Positions 27,735 to 41,051 of a stretch of 64,000 nt of DNA are shown here, in pieces. The stretch is from contig JAWQFM010000016.1 of the NCBI GenBank assembly GCA_033442325.1, forward strand, positions 691,221 to 755,220. Direction: 5' to 3'. Below the pieces are notes generated by a model, which saw only the letters and a list, made by a program, of their open reading frames with translations, ran no database searches and had not been told where the DNA came from. The DNA comes from Salpingoeca rosetta (taxonomy: Eukaryota; Protista; Choanoflagellata). The position numbers and the translations under genes were made by a program. Every line of letters begins with the position of its first letter. Position 1 is the first letter of the stretch.

Positions 27735-28609
27735 TACACACACACAGGTACATGTATGTCAGTCATTGCGTGGAAGGCAAGCTCCATGCCCCTTCATCAT
27801 CCGCTCCGCTTAGCAGACGCTCGCACACGCACGTGCAGGTGGATGTGCGTACCGGATGTAAGACTGGATGTATGCGACGAGGACGCCTTGGAGAAAGCTG
27901 AAGACGAGGGTGCATGCGACGCAGGCCTGGGCGATGGCATAGGAGGGTGCGTGCTTCATCTCACTTGGCCCAGCCATCTCCATGAACACTAGCTTGGCAA
28001 TGGCATAGCACATGCAAACAACGCTGGTTGCGAGAAGCGAAAGCTGTAGCCATCGACCTGGCTGAGACACGGGCAGCAGGCTGCCATCCTTGGCGGCCTC
28101 TCGACCTAATTGTCGATGTGAACGTGCATGTACATCAGTGTGTGCGTGTGTGAGTGTGTGTGTGTGAGTGTGTGTGAGTGTGTGTGAGTGTGTGTGTGTG
28201 TGTGTGTGCGAGAATCAGATGCAATCAACCACAGCACATGCATGCGACGCAGATTCATCAAGACGTTGACAACCGCAGCAACAACAACGCAACGCACACA
28301 TGCACGTACACAAACGCACAAACACACACACGCACATGCACTCACACACACACACACGCACATGCACTCACGCACACACAAATGCATACATACATAATGC
28401 ATGCACGCACCAGCGAGAACGGAAATGGCAACAACGATGACGCATCGAACGAGGGCAACGCCGAGCACATCCACCAGCGAAGAGTCCCACGTGTAGTCGC
28501 GTGAGAGAAGATCCAGGTACCGCTGCTCGTACTTGGCGCCCGCAGTGAAGAATAGCGCAAGACAAGACACCAAGTCCGCCACGGCCAGGAAGATCCCGAT
28601 CCCACGCAT
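21192..28609 (-). CDS. ABCB9: ABC subfamily B half transporter with N-terminal TMD0, ABCB9/TAPL-like
   Basis: ATG 28609 exon (..[18 protein letters not shown]) resembles TAPL TMD0. Core TMD motifs [21 protein letters not shown] and [16 protein letters not shown]: Walker A GPSGGG|KST (split by intron), [15 protein letters not shown]|[31 protein letters not shown]. Acidic last exon 21338-21192. Confidence 0.88.
23960..24115. repeat. 39-bp minisatellite (~4 copies) in an ABCB9 intron
   Basis: AGAGCAGACAC/GGAGCAGACAC recurs at 23979, 24018, 24057 and 24096. Confidence 0.85.
26158..26221. repeat. 16-bp minisatellite (CACAAGATCACGCCAG x4) in an ABCB9 intron
   Basis: Four near-perfect copies, one with a G>A change, beginning a few bases after the minus-strand donor. 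Confidence 0.9.
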
Positions 28610-28704
28610 TGCTTACAATCTAGTGTCGGAGGTCCTGCAACACAGCGGAACAGCAATGTTAAATGCATGCATCCGTGTCACTCACTGACAAGTGCGCAAT
28701 GAAT

Positions 28705-28782
<78 letters not shown>

Positions 28783-29012
28783 GAGCAGGAGATCGGGTGG
28801 GCCACTGTACAAACAAACAAACACAAACAACCAACACACATCCACGTACACTGTATCCTCTATGTATTTCGGGCCGTGAGTCAGTCAGCAGCAAGTCGTC
28901 AGAACGTGCGATGAGTGTCTTGTCCACGAGGGTGAGATGACGAGATCGCCTGGCTGGCTGAGGGTTGCGGTTACTGAACATTTGTGAATGATAAGTACCA
29001 GTTTTCGGCGGG
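28610..29012. promoter_or_regulatory. Putative bidirectional promoter ABCB9 / FAAP100-like, including a likely 5'UTR intron of ABCB9
   Basis: 403 bp between divergent ATGs. Minus-strand (GT)n-rich intron ending TTGCAG at ~28635. TTTTCGGCGGGA at 29002-29013. Confidence 0.55.
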
Positions 29013-30159
29013 ATGACTGCTGCCGTGGTGGTGGGCGCTGACGGCGACGTGCTGGTGCTGGTGCGCGGCCAGCAAGTTGCACCACCGCCACTTCCAACAC
29101 AGGAACAACAACAACAACAACAGCAACAACAACGGCGACAACGGGTTGGATCACTGCAAGCAGAGACGGCAGTTCCTTGTGCGGTGAGTAGTAGCTTTGG
29201 CGGCTTTGCAGGCGGCCGACGCTGGGTGGCAGCACATGCACTGGACGGGCTCGTCTTGGGCGCCACCTCGGATGGCTGCATCTACGCACATGGTACTGCA
29301 ATGCGTACGCGCGCGTGTGTGTGTGTGGCTTGTGTGTGTGTGTGCGTGTGTGTGTGCGTGTGTGTATGTGTGTGTGTGCTTGTATGGCTTGTTGTGTGTG
29401 CGTTGCGTGGCGGTGGATCGCTTGGTGCAGGCGTGCGCGCCTCTTGACCTACATGCATGGATAATCTGGAGCCTTACACCCTACTCTGGACGACGACGCT
29501 AATCTGTGTTGGGCGTATCTTTGAAAACAGACTTGACCCAAGCTGAAGATGGAGAGCGTTGCCTTGATGAACGTGATCAGCAACCAGATGCCCCTGCAAC
29601 TCCTCCACAGTCCGAAGGCAGCTTGTTGTTTGCATCGCCCCACATCGGAGGCACCGAAGAAGAGCCACACGCCGACGATGACCCCCCTTCTTCAACACAG
29701 CACGCCGAAGCCCCAGACGCACAAGAGATAGGTGAGTGCAAGCGAGAATACGAGACGTGCACAACCACACACACACACACACACACACACATGCAAATAT
29801 ACACACACACAGATGGAGAGCGGCTCATTTACAGACGAATGGCATGTGCGTTCTCAACTGTCGAGTTTGAGTTCCCCTCTTTACATGCCTCTCTTCTGCT
29901 TACGGCAGCTCACGCTTTGTATGGCTTGCCATTCATCGTCATTGCCTTCAAACAACACCGAAACAAACATTGACAGCGCTTGAATGGGCCGTGTTAACGG
30001 CAGCGCCGGGAGTTGTGGGATTAAGGCTGCTGCACGTTGCCCGAGATGCCCGAGATGATGATGGTACCAACAGTATTGATGGTGACGGCGCACAAGCCAT
30101 CAAAGGTATCGCCCTCATTGCCCTAAACCCAAGTGCTGCCGCGACGGCAACTGCTGCCC

Positions 30160-30240
<81 letters not shown>

Positions 30241-30797
30241 TTGTCGCTCGCTGGCTGCCCGGTGGCGGCGGTGACGACTGCGTGCACCTGAACGTGGTGC
30301 ATTTCCAGCTCAAGCCCAGTGGAGGGAAGAAGCAGCAGCACCCGTCGCTGGTATTACTGCGGTGGTCCGTGCAACGCAGCAGCACATTCCCGCCCGTCCC
30401 CACGACCTCCAGCCCGCGGTCAACCAGTGGTGCGACTGTGCTTTGCGATTTGTGCGACGTACATGAATGCTTCATCCCCTTTCGCAGCGTGATGTCATTG
30501 ACCCGGCTGGTTTGACACACACCCACACACGCAACTCACTTGCTGACTGCCTCCATCCCTTTATCCACGCATCGCTCCACAATGCGAAACACAACAAGCA
30601 GATGCAGTCGATGGCATTGACATGCTGCTTCGCACGTCTCAGACTGAATCCGGTTCCCGCCGGCCCTCCAATAGCACCCCTATCTTTGCAGTGCCGCTCA
30701 GGGCACATGACAGCGGTGCTGTTGTTCTTGGCGTTGGCCGCATGGTGAGTGGAAGAAAACACACTGTTGTACCTGTGTCTCTGTGTGTGTGTGTGTC

Positions 30798-30830
<33 letters not shown>

Positions 30831-31584
30831 CTGTGTCTATGTGTGCGTGCACATATGTGTGTGTGTGTATGGGTTTGGCAATGCACCCACGACCGTCATG
30901 TGAAATCACTGCTCCAGCTCATCAGCAACTGCACACGTGACAGGTCATTACGTTAACCATACACCCGGACAAACCAGCAAAATGTGTGTGCATGCATGTG
31001 TGTATGTGTATGTGTATGTGTGTACACGTGCATGCTTTTGGATATGTGTTTCATCCTTGCTCAAGCCACCACAGAAGGAAAACGGCCGTTCATTACCCTC
31101 ACACGCGTGAGCACACATCTCTTTTCACACACAACACACGTGAACATGCGTGCGCGTACATGCAAGCAGCCGTGGCGTACGTCGGCCACTGTTTGCTTCC
31201 CGCTGGCGATGTTGTTGGACTCGACTGCATTTCGTCTCCTGATGACAGCAGTGACAGGCCCAACTCTGCAATCATTGCATACACGCGCGACGCACACGTG
31301 AGAGGCAGCAGCGGTCATCTGATTGATGGTGCTCGCGCACGTGTGCTCTCGTTCATCATACGCAGCGAAAGCTATGTATGACACTTGCCTCACATGTCCA
31401 TGTTGGTGCGCGCGCGTGTGTGTGTATGTGTGTGATTTCCGCGTGCAGGCGTTTGTACTGCAGTGTCTGCCGTCACAGAAGCCACAAGTGCAGCAGCAAA
31501 TCACCATTGTCTCTTCGAGGTGCGCCGCAACTGTTCATTGCAGCCATTGCCCTCGCGCTTGCCTCAATGTTCGCTTCCATGACA

Positions 31585-31624
<40 letters not shown>

Positions 31625-34600
31625 ACACACTTTGACGCTCATTCCCATGCCATGCCTGGTGTGCAGTAAAATTGCTGCCGTCGTGGGCGCTGTGAATGAA
31701 ACAACGCACGCCCTCCTCACCACCGAGCGCAAGGTACACGCCGCCCGTGTTGGGGGGTCGTGGTCTCATCTTGCTCACGAGAGCCTTGAATGTCATGCGT
31801 GCGTTGTTTCCCTTCATCATCCTGTCCTTGTTTGCTGATTTGCATGGAACAACACGTGTGCGTGTGTTCAGATTGTGCTGATGACTTTTTCGTCGTCCCG
31901 CCAGCGCGATGGCAACAGCGACGCGACCAAACTGTGAGTCAGCTGTGTGTCACATGGAAGGCGTGGGCAAACCGATCCGCACTGGTGCATGTTACTTGTT
32001 TGTTCTCCACACGCTTACACACGCACGCGCTCTTATTCACTAACACACGCGCACTCACTCAAACACAAGATCGTTTTCAGCACAACAGCAGCAGCTGGTG
32101 GCGGATGGCGTCGTGTTTGGGTGCCGCTTGGACAGCAGCAGCCAGCGAGATGAGCAGCAGCAGCAGAGGTGGTGTCTTGGCCACGAAACTCTCGGCATCA
32201 TGAGGGTGAGGAAGGTGTCAGAGGTTTTTGTCCAGGCACACAACCACACAAACACAAAGACAGGTGTACAAACACAAAGACAGGTGTGCAAACACACACA
32301 CACACACACTCGCATGCGTTTGCCAGTGCAAGGTCCGTCTCACTGTCGACGCATGCGTGATACACGTGTGATATGCAGGTTGCTTGCTTGCCACCTGCTG
32401 CCGCTGGTATTGCTGGGACGGTGAATGCGGCGTCTGTTTCGCTCACTGCTCTCCGTCAGCTCTCCGCCGTCGCGCAACAACTCCAAGCGCAGCAACAGCA
32501 CTCACTTGTCATCGTACGTAGCGCGAATGGCGTAATGGTGTGAATATTGTTACATGTGCGGGTTGTGCCACCCTACCTCCCGCTTTGCTTCTGCTCACAT
32601 CTGTTGGTTCCGGCATGTGTGCACACTCATAATTCTGTATGATGACACACACACACACGCACACACATACATACACACACGCACACACACACGCACACAA
32701 CCGTTGCTTGTATTGCCAACTCTATTTTCAGGACACACGCCTTCGTGCTCTGCGCGATGCACAGCTTCTTGTTAAGAAGCAATCTGGTGCGCACATGCTG
32801 CGTGTGCGTGTGTTTGTGTGCATATGTACGCGTGTCGGGTGGAGAGTGTGATGTGTGGTTCCAGCCACTTCTTGTTTTCAAACATGTTGATGTTCCTCGC
32901 GCATACCCACGTGCTCTCACCTGTATTTATATTCGTGCCCAATTGGTTGTTTTCTGGGCTCAGGTCAAAGCGCCCCGCTCTCCGTTTCGTGGACATCCCA
33001 CTTTGATCATGCAACCGCGTACTTTGCCCTTGCAGTCCGCATCGCGAACACATCGCATCAGGTGCGTACGTTGTGTTGCGCTGTGTTCTGCTTGTCAAGT
33101 GAATGTATGATTGTTTGATAGGGTGTGTGTGTGTGCGTGTGTGTGTGTGTGTGTGGGCGTGCGTGTTGCGTGCATTCTTGTGCAAGTGCGCCGTTTGCCG
33201 TTCCGACTGATGATGTGTCAATACTTTTTTCGCATCATGTATGCATGTGTGCATGACTTTGTGTGCACCAACCTGCCCCCCCCCCCACCCTGTGTCAGAT
33301 GGTCGCCACTCGGCACTGGAAAGCAGTCATTGAAATCAGGTGTGCGCATAACCGCTTTCGTCTCGCGCGAGAATCACATGTATGCGCGTGCAGTCTATCC
33401 TTCCGCCCATTTTACGCGCACGCCCCTCTTGTCACCCTTGCCGCGAGACACAAACACGCACACATAGGCACACACAAACACATACAAACGCACATGCACA
33501 CACACACATACAGGCACACACAAATACAGGCACACAAACACAAGCACACACACGCACACACGCAGACACACATCCTCTCTTTAACCTCATTTCCGCATTC
33601 ACACACTCTCCTGCTCCTTTCGCCTGCACATGAATCAGGAGGTGCGGGGATGATGCTCTTGTCCACTGCCGCTCTCACACCCTTCCACACGACCTTCCAG
33701 CATCCAAGGTGCGCGTGTACCCATGCACGTACCCATGCATGCAGCAATGCACGTATGCAGTCATGAGCTCCGATGACCGTGCTGTGTGTTCCCCATCTCC
33801 AGTACTCGCTTGCGCGTGCAATATTTCAATTTCACATCACTCCTGATGCAATTTCCCCTCTGCACCACCACCACCACCATCAGTCGTGGCGCGCTCGTGT
33901 TGTTCTGCCGTCTCTCGCGGCGCTGCCGTGCTCGCTTCGCGTCACTCTCGTCTTTGCTGCGCCATGGATGGCGCAATCAGGCCAGCACACCACACGCGCA
34001 CACGCGCAAGCTGCACCCGAGCACACACCCGAGGCACTCAGAACCCGACACCACCACCACCATCATCATCACCAATACAATCACCATCAGCAGCGGTCAT
34101 CGCCCACGGTGCATGCCAATCTGCTGCAGGACATCGTGACGGCGTGGCAGTTTGCACGCCTGATACAGCCGCCGCCCACAACTGCAGACAACGACGACAA
34201 CGACGACCACCACCACCAGCAGCAGCAGCAGCAGCAGCACGAGCAATCACGCCGACACGTGGGACGTGACCGCTTATTCATCCCGTGTCACGACGCAGCT
34301 GCAACCGCGGATGTGGTCGGAGGTCATGCTGTTCCTTTAGCACCACGTCAGCCGTCACCGTCACCATTTCGCGTTCGCAGCGGCGCAGGGGCCGGTGGTG
34401 GCGACAACGCACGCGCGCTCATGCACACATGTCGGCTTGGCGCACACGTGTGCGCAAGTGCACAGCTCGTACGCGCGTTGCTTGCCGCTGTACCGCAATG
34501 CACCGAGGAAACGGCAGCACGCGGGGCGAACAAAGCTGCAAGCCATCACGACGATGCTAGTGTTGTGATGAGTGATGTGCAGGGGGCAGCTGATGACGAC

Positions 34601-35907
34601 GAGGTTGATGTTGATGTTGATGTTGATGTTGATGTTGACGGCGCTGCCGGTGATGCAGATGAGGTGCTGGTGGTGTTGGATTCTCCAGCAGCGAAGCGAG
34701 CCAAGCGACAGCGACAGCAACGACAGAAGAGGACCGATGCGCACAGACGACAGCAAGAGGCGCTGGCAGCCACCGTCCACAAGGTGTGCGGGTGTGTGTG
34801 TGTGTGCATGTATGCGTGTGTGTACCAGTGTTTGTATGCATATGTATGCGTGTGTGAGTGTGTACATGTATGCGTGTGTGGCCACGAATGCATGTTCATG
34901 TGTTTGCATCTTGTGTCAACACACGGCATCGTGAGTCAAGCCGTTCAGCTACCCTCCTGTGCGTGCGTGTGTGCGCGTGACAGGCGCTGCTGTTGTCGCT
35001 GCTGCAGAACCAAGGAGACATGTCACATCGTCAGCACGAGTGCGATGTATACACCAGCACACAGACGGCGGCGCCACACCCATCGCCGTCTGCCGTGCAC
35101 ATGACAGCCAACAATGCGGACCGTGCGGGGTCACTTGCAGACCAACACATCGTGACACGCACGCGACTTGTGTTCGCCAGCACACCGGATGCTGACAAGG
35201 GTTGTGTTGGTGGTGGTGAAGATGTGCAGGAAACAGAGGACGCGTGTGCTGTTGGCTGCGTGATGAAGACGAAGCGGCGGCAAGTGCGGCAGGCACTGCA
35301 TGACAGCACCAGCGCCAGCATGCGCTGGGACATTGCGATTGAGTTTGAGGGGCCGCTGCTGGCAACGCTGTCGCTCTTGTCGGGCGTTCTTGCGCTCATC
35401 CCCGAAGCACAACTGCATGACGCAGGACCCCATGACGCCACTCGTGATGGTGATGGTGATGGTGATGGTGATGGTGATGGTGGTGGCGATGGTGGCGATG
35501 ACGGGGCGTTCTTTGGGGCGCGTGTGGACGCGTGCTTGTCTGTGCGGGGCTTGGCTGGTCTGCAGAGCGGGCAAGCGATCGCAGCGAACGCGACGCTGTT
35601 GAAGGCGCACCAGACAGCAGAGGCCATCCTTTCCTGTGTTGGTGATGGTGATGGTGATGGTGATGCTGTGACGGGCAGCGGTAGCAGCTTTTCCCCTCAT
35701 GACAGCGACGATGTCGCCAACGCCGATGACGACGACGATGACGACAACAATAGTGACCAGAGGAGGACGAGGGTGAGAGGCACTGCAACACGACGGGTAC
35801 TCGATGCATTGCTCTCTGGAGATGGAGATGAGCAACAGCAGCTTGTGGAAGCGAGTGCAACCGCCGTGTCTGCGGTCGTCTCTCTCCTCGGACCAAACAC
35901 CCTCTAG
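29013..35907 (+). CDS. Large multi-exon hypothetical protein, tentatively FAAP100/FANCB-like (beta-propeller, coiled coil, beta-sandwich)
   Basis: Exons 29013-29292 and 29531-29731 join in phase. Further coding-like blocks with GT/AG flanks at ~29813, 29909-30460, 30642-30744, 31166-31375, 31449-31519, 31667-31800, 31872-31933, 32081-32235, 32379-32513, 32732-32786, 32963-33061, 33299-33379, 33639-33708, 33803-34783, 34984-35907. Several junctions are unresolved. The gene is probably real; the family call is weak. Confidence 0.6.
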
Positions 35908-36295
35908 CCAAGGGGGGGGGGGGCATGTTGAGCGTGTGCGTGTGTGTGCATGTTGAGTGTGTGTGTGTGTGTGCATGTATGTGTTTGTGTTTGTGTGTAT
36001 GTGTTTGTGCGTTTGTGTTTGTGTGCGTGCGTCCTTCTCTTTCAGCTTGTGCTCTATTGGAAGCAACGAATTCGCTAGTTACACGTGGCGTTGTCCTTGT
36101 CAAAAAATGTAATGTCGTGTGCAGTAGGCAGCAAGGGTAAACAACCCAAGCACTGGGTGTATGGCGAATACCAAGAAAAAGACGAGGGATGTGCTGTGAC
36201 CTCAATGGCGATAGCGTGTGTATGTGTGTGTGTGTTTGTTTGTGAATGCGTTTGCGTATATGTGTGCAGGTGACAGCATGTAACACAGTTGTTGA

Positions 36296-36472
36296 TTACA
36301 AGATAGGCTTGAGGTGCAGCGACGCCGACGGCACGAGACCTGCAGTGGTGTGAGCAATGCACACAGACATTCGTGTGAAACGACAAGTAGGAATGGGGCT
36401 TGCACCCTTTTGCAGCATAGAAGTTGCCATGCACGCACTGAAGGGATTGCCTGACACGTTCACGCAACAGCC

Positions 36473-36539
<67 letters not shown>

Positions 36540-38740
36540 GCATCTCTGAAAGAGGTGTCTGCGTCTGCTGTTGGGGCAAACGAGCGGCGTGGGATTGTCT
36601 GCATCAGCGAATAGTTGGCCGGCGCCGCCCCGCTTGCACTCACAACATCAAACTGCATACGTTGGAGTGTGTGTGTGTGTGCTATGAGAGAGAGAGAGAG
36701 AGCGATCGCGTCATTGTGTGTGTGTGTGTGCGTTTTGGTGTGTGATCGAATACAGGAAAGCAAAGGCAGCAGCAAGCGTTGGTGCCCCACCAGCTTCTGC
36801 AGCTTGTCGTCAGGCGAGAATGTTGCACGCAGGGGCTGTGCACCCGGCAACCGCACCTGTCATCCACGACACAAGAAGGTGGCGCGTGTGTGTGTTGGAG
36901 GTGAGGACAACGAAAACAGAGGTGATGATGATGATGATGGCGAGATCGGTTTTGACGGGCAGCCGTAACGTTTAGTATTTGGAGGGGCAAGCAGGGCTCG
37001 GTCCAACGGGCGGAACCGCAAAACACAGTCACATGATGTTTCACCACCCAACATGCCAAACAAAACAAAGCACAACACACAAACTAAACACACCGAACAT
37101 GCAAAAACATCATAACAAGGAGGAAGGAACCAAGCAGCCACCACACCTGGATGCGACAGGACGTGGCTGTTGTCGATGGCGGCGCGGTGACTGCAGGCGT
37201 TGGGGCGACGGGAAGCGACGACGGGCGCGATTGCTGGCGCTCCGCCTCTTTTCGTGCAGCCTCACTGCTCCAGGCAGCGGTGACGACGTGATGGTGTGGG
37301 AGCGGTGAGGGGTGAGGGGATGGGAGAGAGGGTTCACCACGATGAGGACATGCGGAGAGCCGGGGAGCATCAGTCTTTTCTTTGCGTGCGTGTGTACGCC
37401 GGGAGGGAGAGGGGTCTCAAACCACAAAACGTAACTTCAGGCAGGTGGCGAGATAGGCATAACATGTGGGACCATGATCACAACAGAGATGCCACGATAG
37501 TGTGTCTGTTGCCAAGACGAGTTAAACAACAAGCACATGGGGGGGGCTGTAAGTGCGTGGGCACACACGCACCGCTCTGCCTTGTCTTTCTCCAGCTCTG
37601 CCTTGATTCGTTCCTTTCGTCGTTTGTTCTCAAGTTTCTGCGGACCGCAAACACACGGCATGGGTTTCAGCTGAGTGACATCACGAGCACTAACACGAAA
37701 GGAGACACACCATACACGAACAAAACACGGACAAGCATGTCCGCGGGTGTGGCCATGCAAACGCGCGAGTGCACACCGACACAGACACACAGACGAACAC
37801 AGACGGACATATGCACGCACGCACGCACGCACACACACACATACACCCACATACACACGGAGCCATATGGTACTGATTCGAGCGTGGGATACCTCCTTGC
37901 GTTTCTGCTCAGCAATGCGCTTCATCTCCAGCTCTTCCTGCTCCCGGCGAGCCTGCGAGAGCGTCTACATTCATGAAGAACAAGTGCGTACACGTGCAAG
38001 GAGACGGTAAGAAAGCGTGTGAGAAAGAGAACGAGAACGAGAATGCAAAGAAAGCAAAGGAAAGGAGGAAAGGGGACAGTTTGAGACTCAGACACACACA
38101 CACAGAACACACACACACACACACAGATGCACAAACACAGAACACACACACACACACACACACAGATGCACAAGCACAAGCATAAGTTTGCACACGCATA
38201 TGCGCAGTGTGATGCATGCCTTTGCAGACTCCATGCGCTTCTTCTGTTGTTCCAGCTGACGCTTCTCTTCCTCCTGGTGTCGCTGGATGCGGCGTTGGTT
38301 GATCTTCTCTTGCAGCTTCCTTGCCTGCTCCTGCTTCTCTTCCTCTGTTAGCGCCTTCTTTGGAGCTGGCGCCTCTCCCTCTGCATTCTGCTGTGATTGT
38401 TCTGGCTGCTGTTGTCCCTGCTGCTGAGCGCTCTGCTGTTCAGCCGTGGCATCGCCAGTGCTGCCTGCAGACGTTTGCTGTTGCCCACCAGAGCCAGAGC
38501 CGAGCGTGAATCCACCGCTCTGGGCCATCGGTGCAGGGTTGCTGAAAATCCAGTTGACAGCAGCATCCAAACCTTGCCCTTGTGTCTCTGCAAGTGCCCG
38601 TTCCCTACACACGGGCGAGCGTGTATGTGTGTGTGTGCATGTGTGTGAGTTGTGTGTGTGTGTGTGTGAGTGTGTGTGGGGGGGGCGGCGGCGGGTTGGG
38701 GTTTCTAAGAACGCCATCTGCATGGGTGAGACAGAGGCAC

Positions 38741-38807
<67 letters not shown>

Positions 38808-39075
38808 CACACACAGACACACACACACACACACAGACACACACACACAAACGTATGGAGCTATTGCGAGTGCAGGCATCAATGACCACTGCACATCGAG
38901 CAATCTCACGCACACATAAACACAACTCGCTCACTCAGTCACTCACACAACCCTACAACACTCGTTCACACGCACACATGCACACATGCACACACACACA
39001 CTCACACTCGCACACTCACACGCACGCCATGGCTTTGTCGAAGCCCATCTGCATCAACGTCTGTATGTCGTCCAT
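36296..39075 (-). CDS. UBXN1: UBA-UBX p97/VCP cofactor, UBXN1 (SAKS1)-like
   Basis: MDDIQTLMQMGFDKAMA|ERALAETQGQGLDAAVNWIF (UBA). LTEEEKQEQARKLQE.. coiled coil and RIKAELEKDKAER. UBX: CRIQ|VRLPGAQPLRATF..LMQTIPRRSF..|GLVPSASLHL. Stop 36296-36298. Confidence 0.92.
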
Positions 39076-39389
39076 GTTGTTGCGGTTGGTGTTGCTGCTG
39101 TGCTCCTGTCCTCTCTCGCTTTCACTCGGGTTCTTGGCGATGTGTGCAAGATATGGCAAATTGTCGTCCTGTGGGTTTGTTTCGTCTTGCGTTCCACAAC
39201 TGCCAGCACACGTGTGCCCGGCTTTGGCTTTTTCTCCGCCGCGCACTGTTCTGCAACAACACACGCACGCACACGCTTGCTTGCTTGCTTTTCACCTCAC
39301 CCCACATCATCGCGTCCACGCGCCACACTGCCGAAGCGTTCACACCCGGTCGTATCATAAGCAACTGCCGTTAACTTGTCAATCCAAGC
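39076..39389. promoter_or_regulatory. Putative bidirectional promoter UBXN1 / FUBP
   Basis: 314 bp between divergent ATGs. Confidence 0.65.
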
Positions 39390-40955
39390 ATGGGCGACTT
39401 CAACAACGTACCGCCACCCTCTGACGGGTCCGGTGGGAACACGCAGAACGACTTTCTGTCGGCGCTCGCCACTGTGAAAGCGGTGCGTTCGCACGTTCGC
39501 GCCACGTGGTGATGGTGATGGTGATGGTGGTGATGGTGGTTGTGGCGGTGTTTGGCGCCACCCACCCATCTTGCGTGTGTCATGGGTTTGTGTGTCTGCG
39601 TGAGTGCCTGCGTTGTCCCCGATTTGCGTTGCTTGTTGTATCGCTGAACCCTCACAAATGGACAACCTGTGTCGTTGGCGCGGTGTGTTGTGTTGCGTTG
39701 CATCGCCTTGATGCCTTCTTGCAGCTTGCTGCGCGCGCCCAACAAAGTAAGCTTTTTGCATGCATGTGTATGTATGTATGTGTGTGTGTATGTATGTATG
39801 TATGAATGAATGGATGTATGTATGCATGTATGTTTTGGCATTACAGCGCCTTTCTTCCTTCCCTCCTCTTCCTCCCTTCCTCGTCTTTTCACTCCTTCCT
39901 TCCTTCCTTCCTTCCTTCCTTCCTTCCTTTCTTCCTTTCTTTCTTTCTTTCTTTTCCGTGTCTAACCCCCCTCCCCACACCCCTACTCGTACCACCCCGC
40001 ACCCGCTCACATCTCCATCTGGCACGAACCTTCGCGTCAACAGCCCAACCACAGCAGCCGCTGCCACCACAACACATGTTCCCGCCAATGGGGATGCCGC
40101 CACCCATGATGCACCAGCAGCGACCGCCCATGCCACAGCAGCAGCAGCAGCAGCAGCGGCCTCCCATGCCCAACCAGCCACCCGGCCCGGCCGGTGGGAT
40201 GCCGCTGGTGAAGCGCGGACCCGAGGAGCCCGAAGGCGCGCCCGGTGCGTGCTGTGTGGCCTTGGAAAGCTCATGTTGACTGGCACATGCATGCATGTGT
40301 ATGTGCATCTGTATGGATGCCTGTAGGCTGCCGTCTTGCCTTTCTGCACACATGCTGCACGTGGTCGACACGTGTGCCTATTTCATGTTCCCTATTGCTC
40401 ACCCTTTTGCTCTTCTTCTTGTTCTTCTTCCCCTTTTTGATTGCTACTTCCTGTTCTTCTGCTTGTTCTTATTCTTCCGTGACCATTGCTTGTCTCCCTC
40501 CTTCTCTAAATGGACCAACACATTTTGCAGATAGGAAACGCGCACCGAGCTCCTCAACGCCGCCACCCATCCCCGGTGTCGGCCCGAACACTTCCCAGGC
40601 ACCCCCACTTCTTTCGCAGCCTGGCCAGCCCAACCAAGCCATGCAGCCGCCTCCCTCGGGGCCAGGGCAGCAGCAGCCACCCCAGATGATGGCGCCCGTG
40701 CCCGGCATGCCCCCGCCGATGCGCCCTCCTCCCCCAGGCCAGGAGCCACACCAGCAACAACAGTCCCAGCAGGGCGAACTCGGGTGCGTGAGACGTGTGT
40801 ACTGCGCAAAAACAATTGTGTCATCATGTCGTTTGCAGATGTACCGCGCGCGTGTGGGTGTGGGTGTTGCGCGCATACTAGATGATGGCATGCCATTCAT
40901 CTCTTCGATTGCAGCCACCCCCTCCCTCACTGACCTGCGCACATGCTGCCTGTCA

Positions 40956-41051
<96 letters not shown>

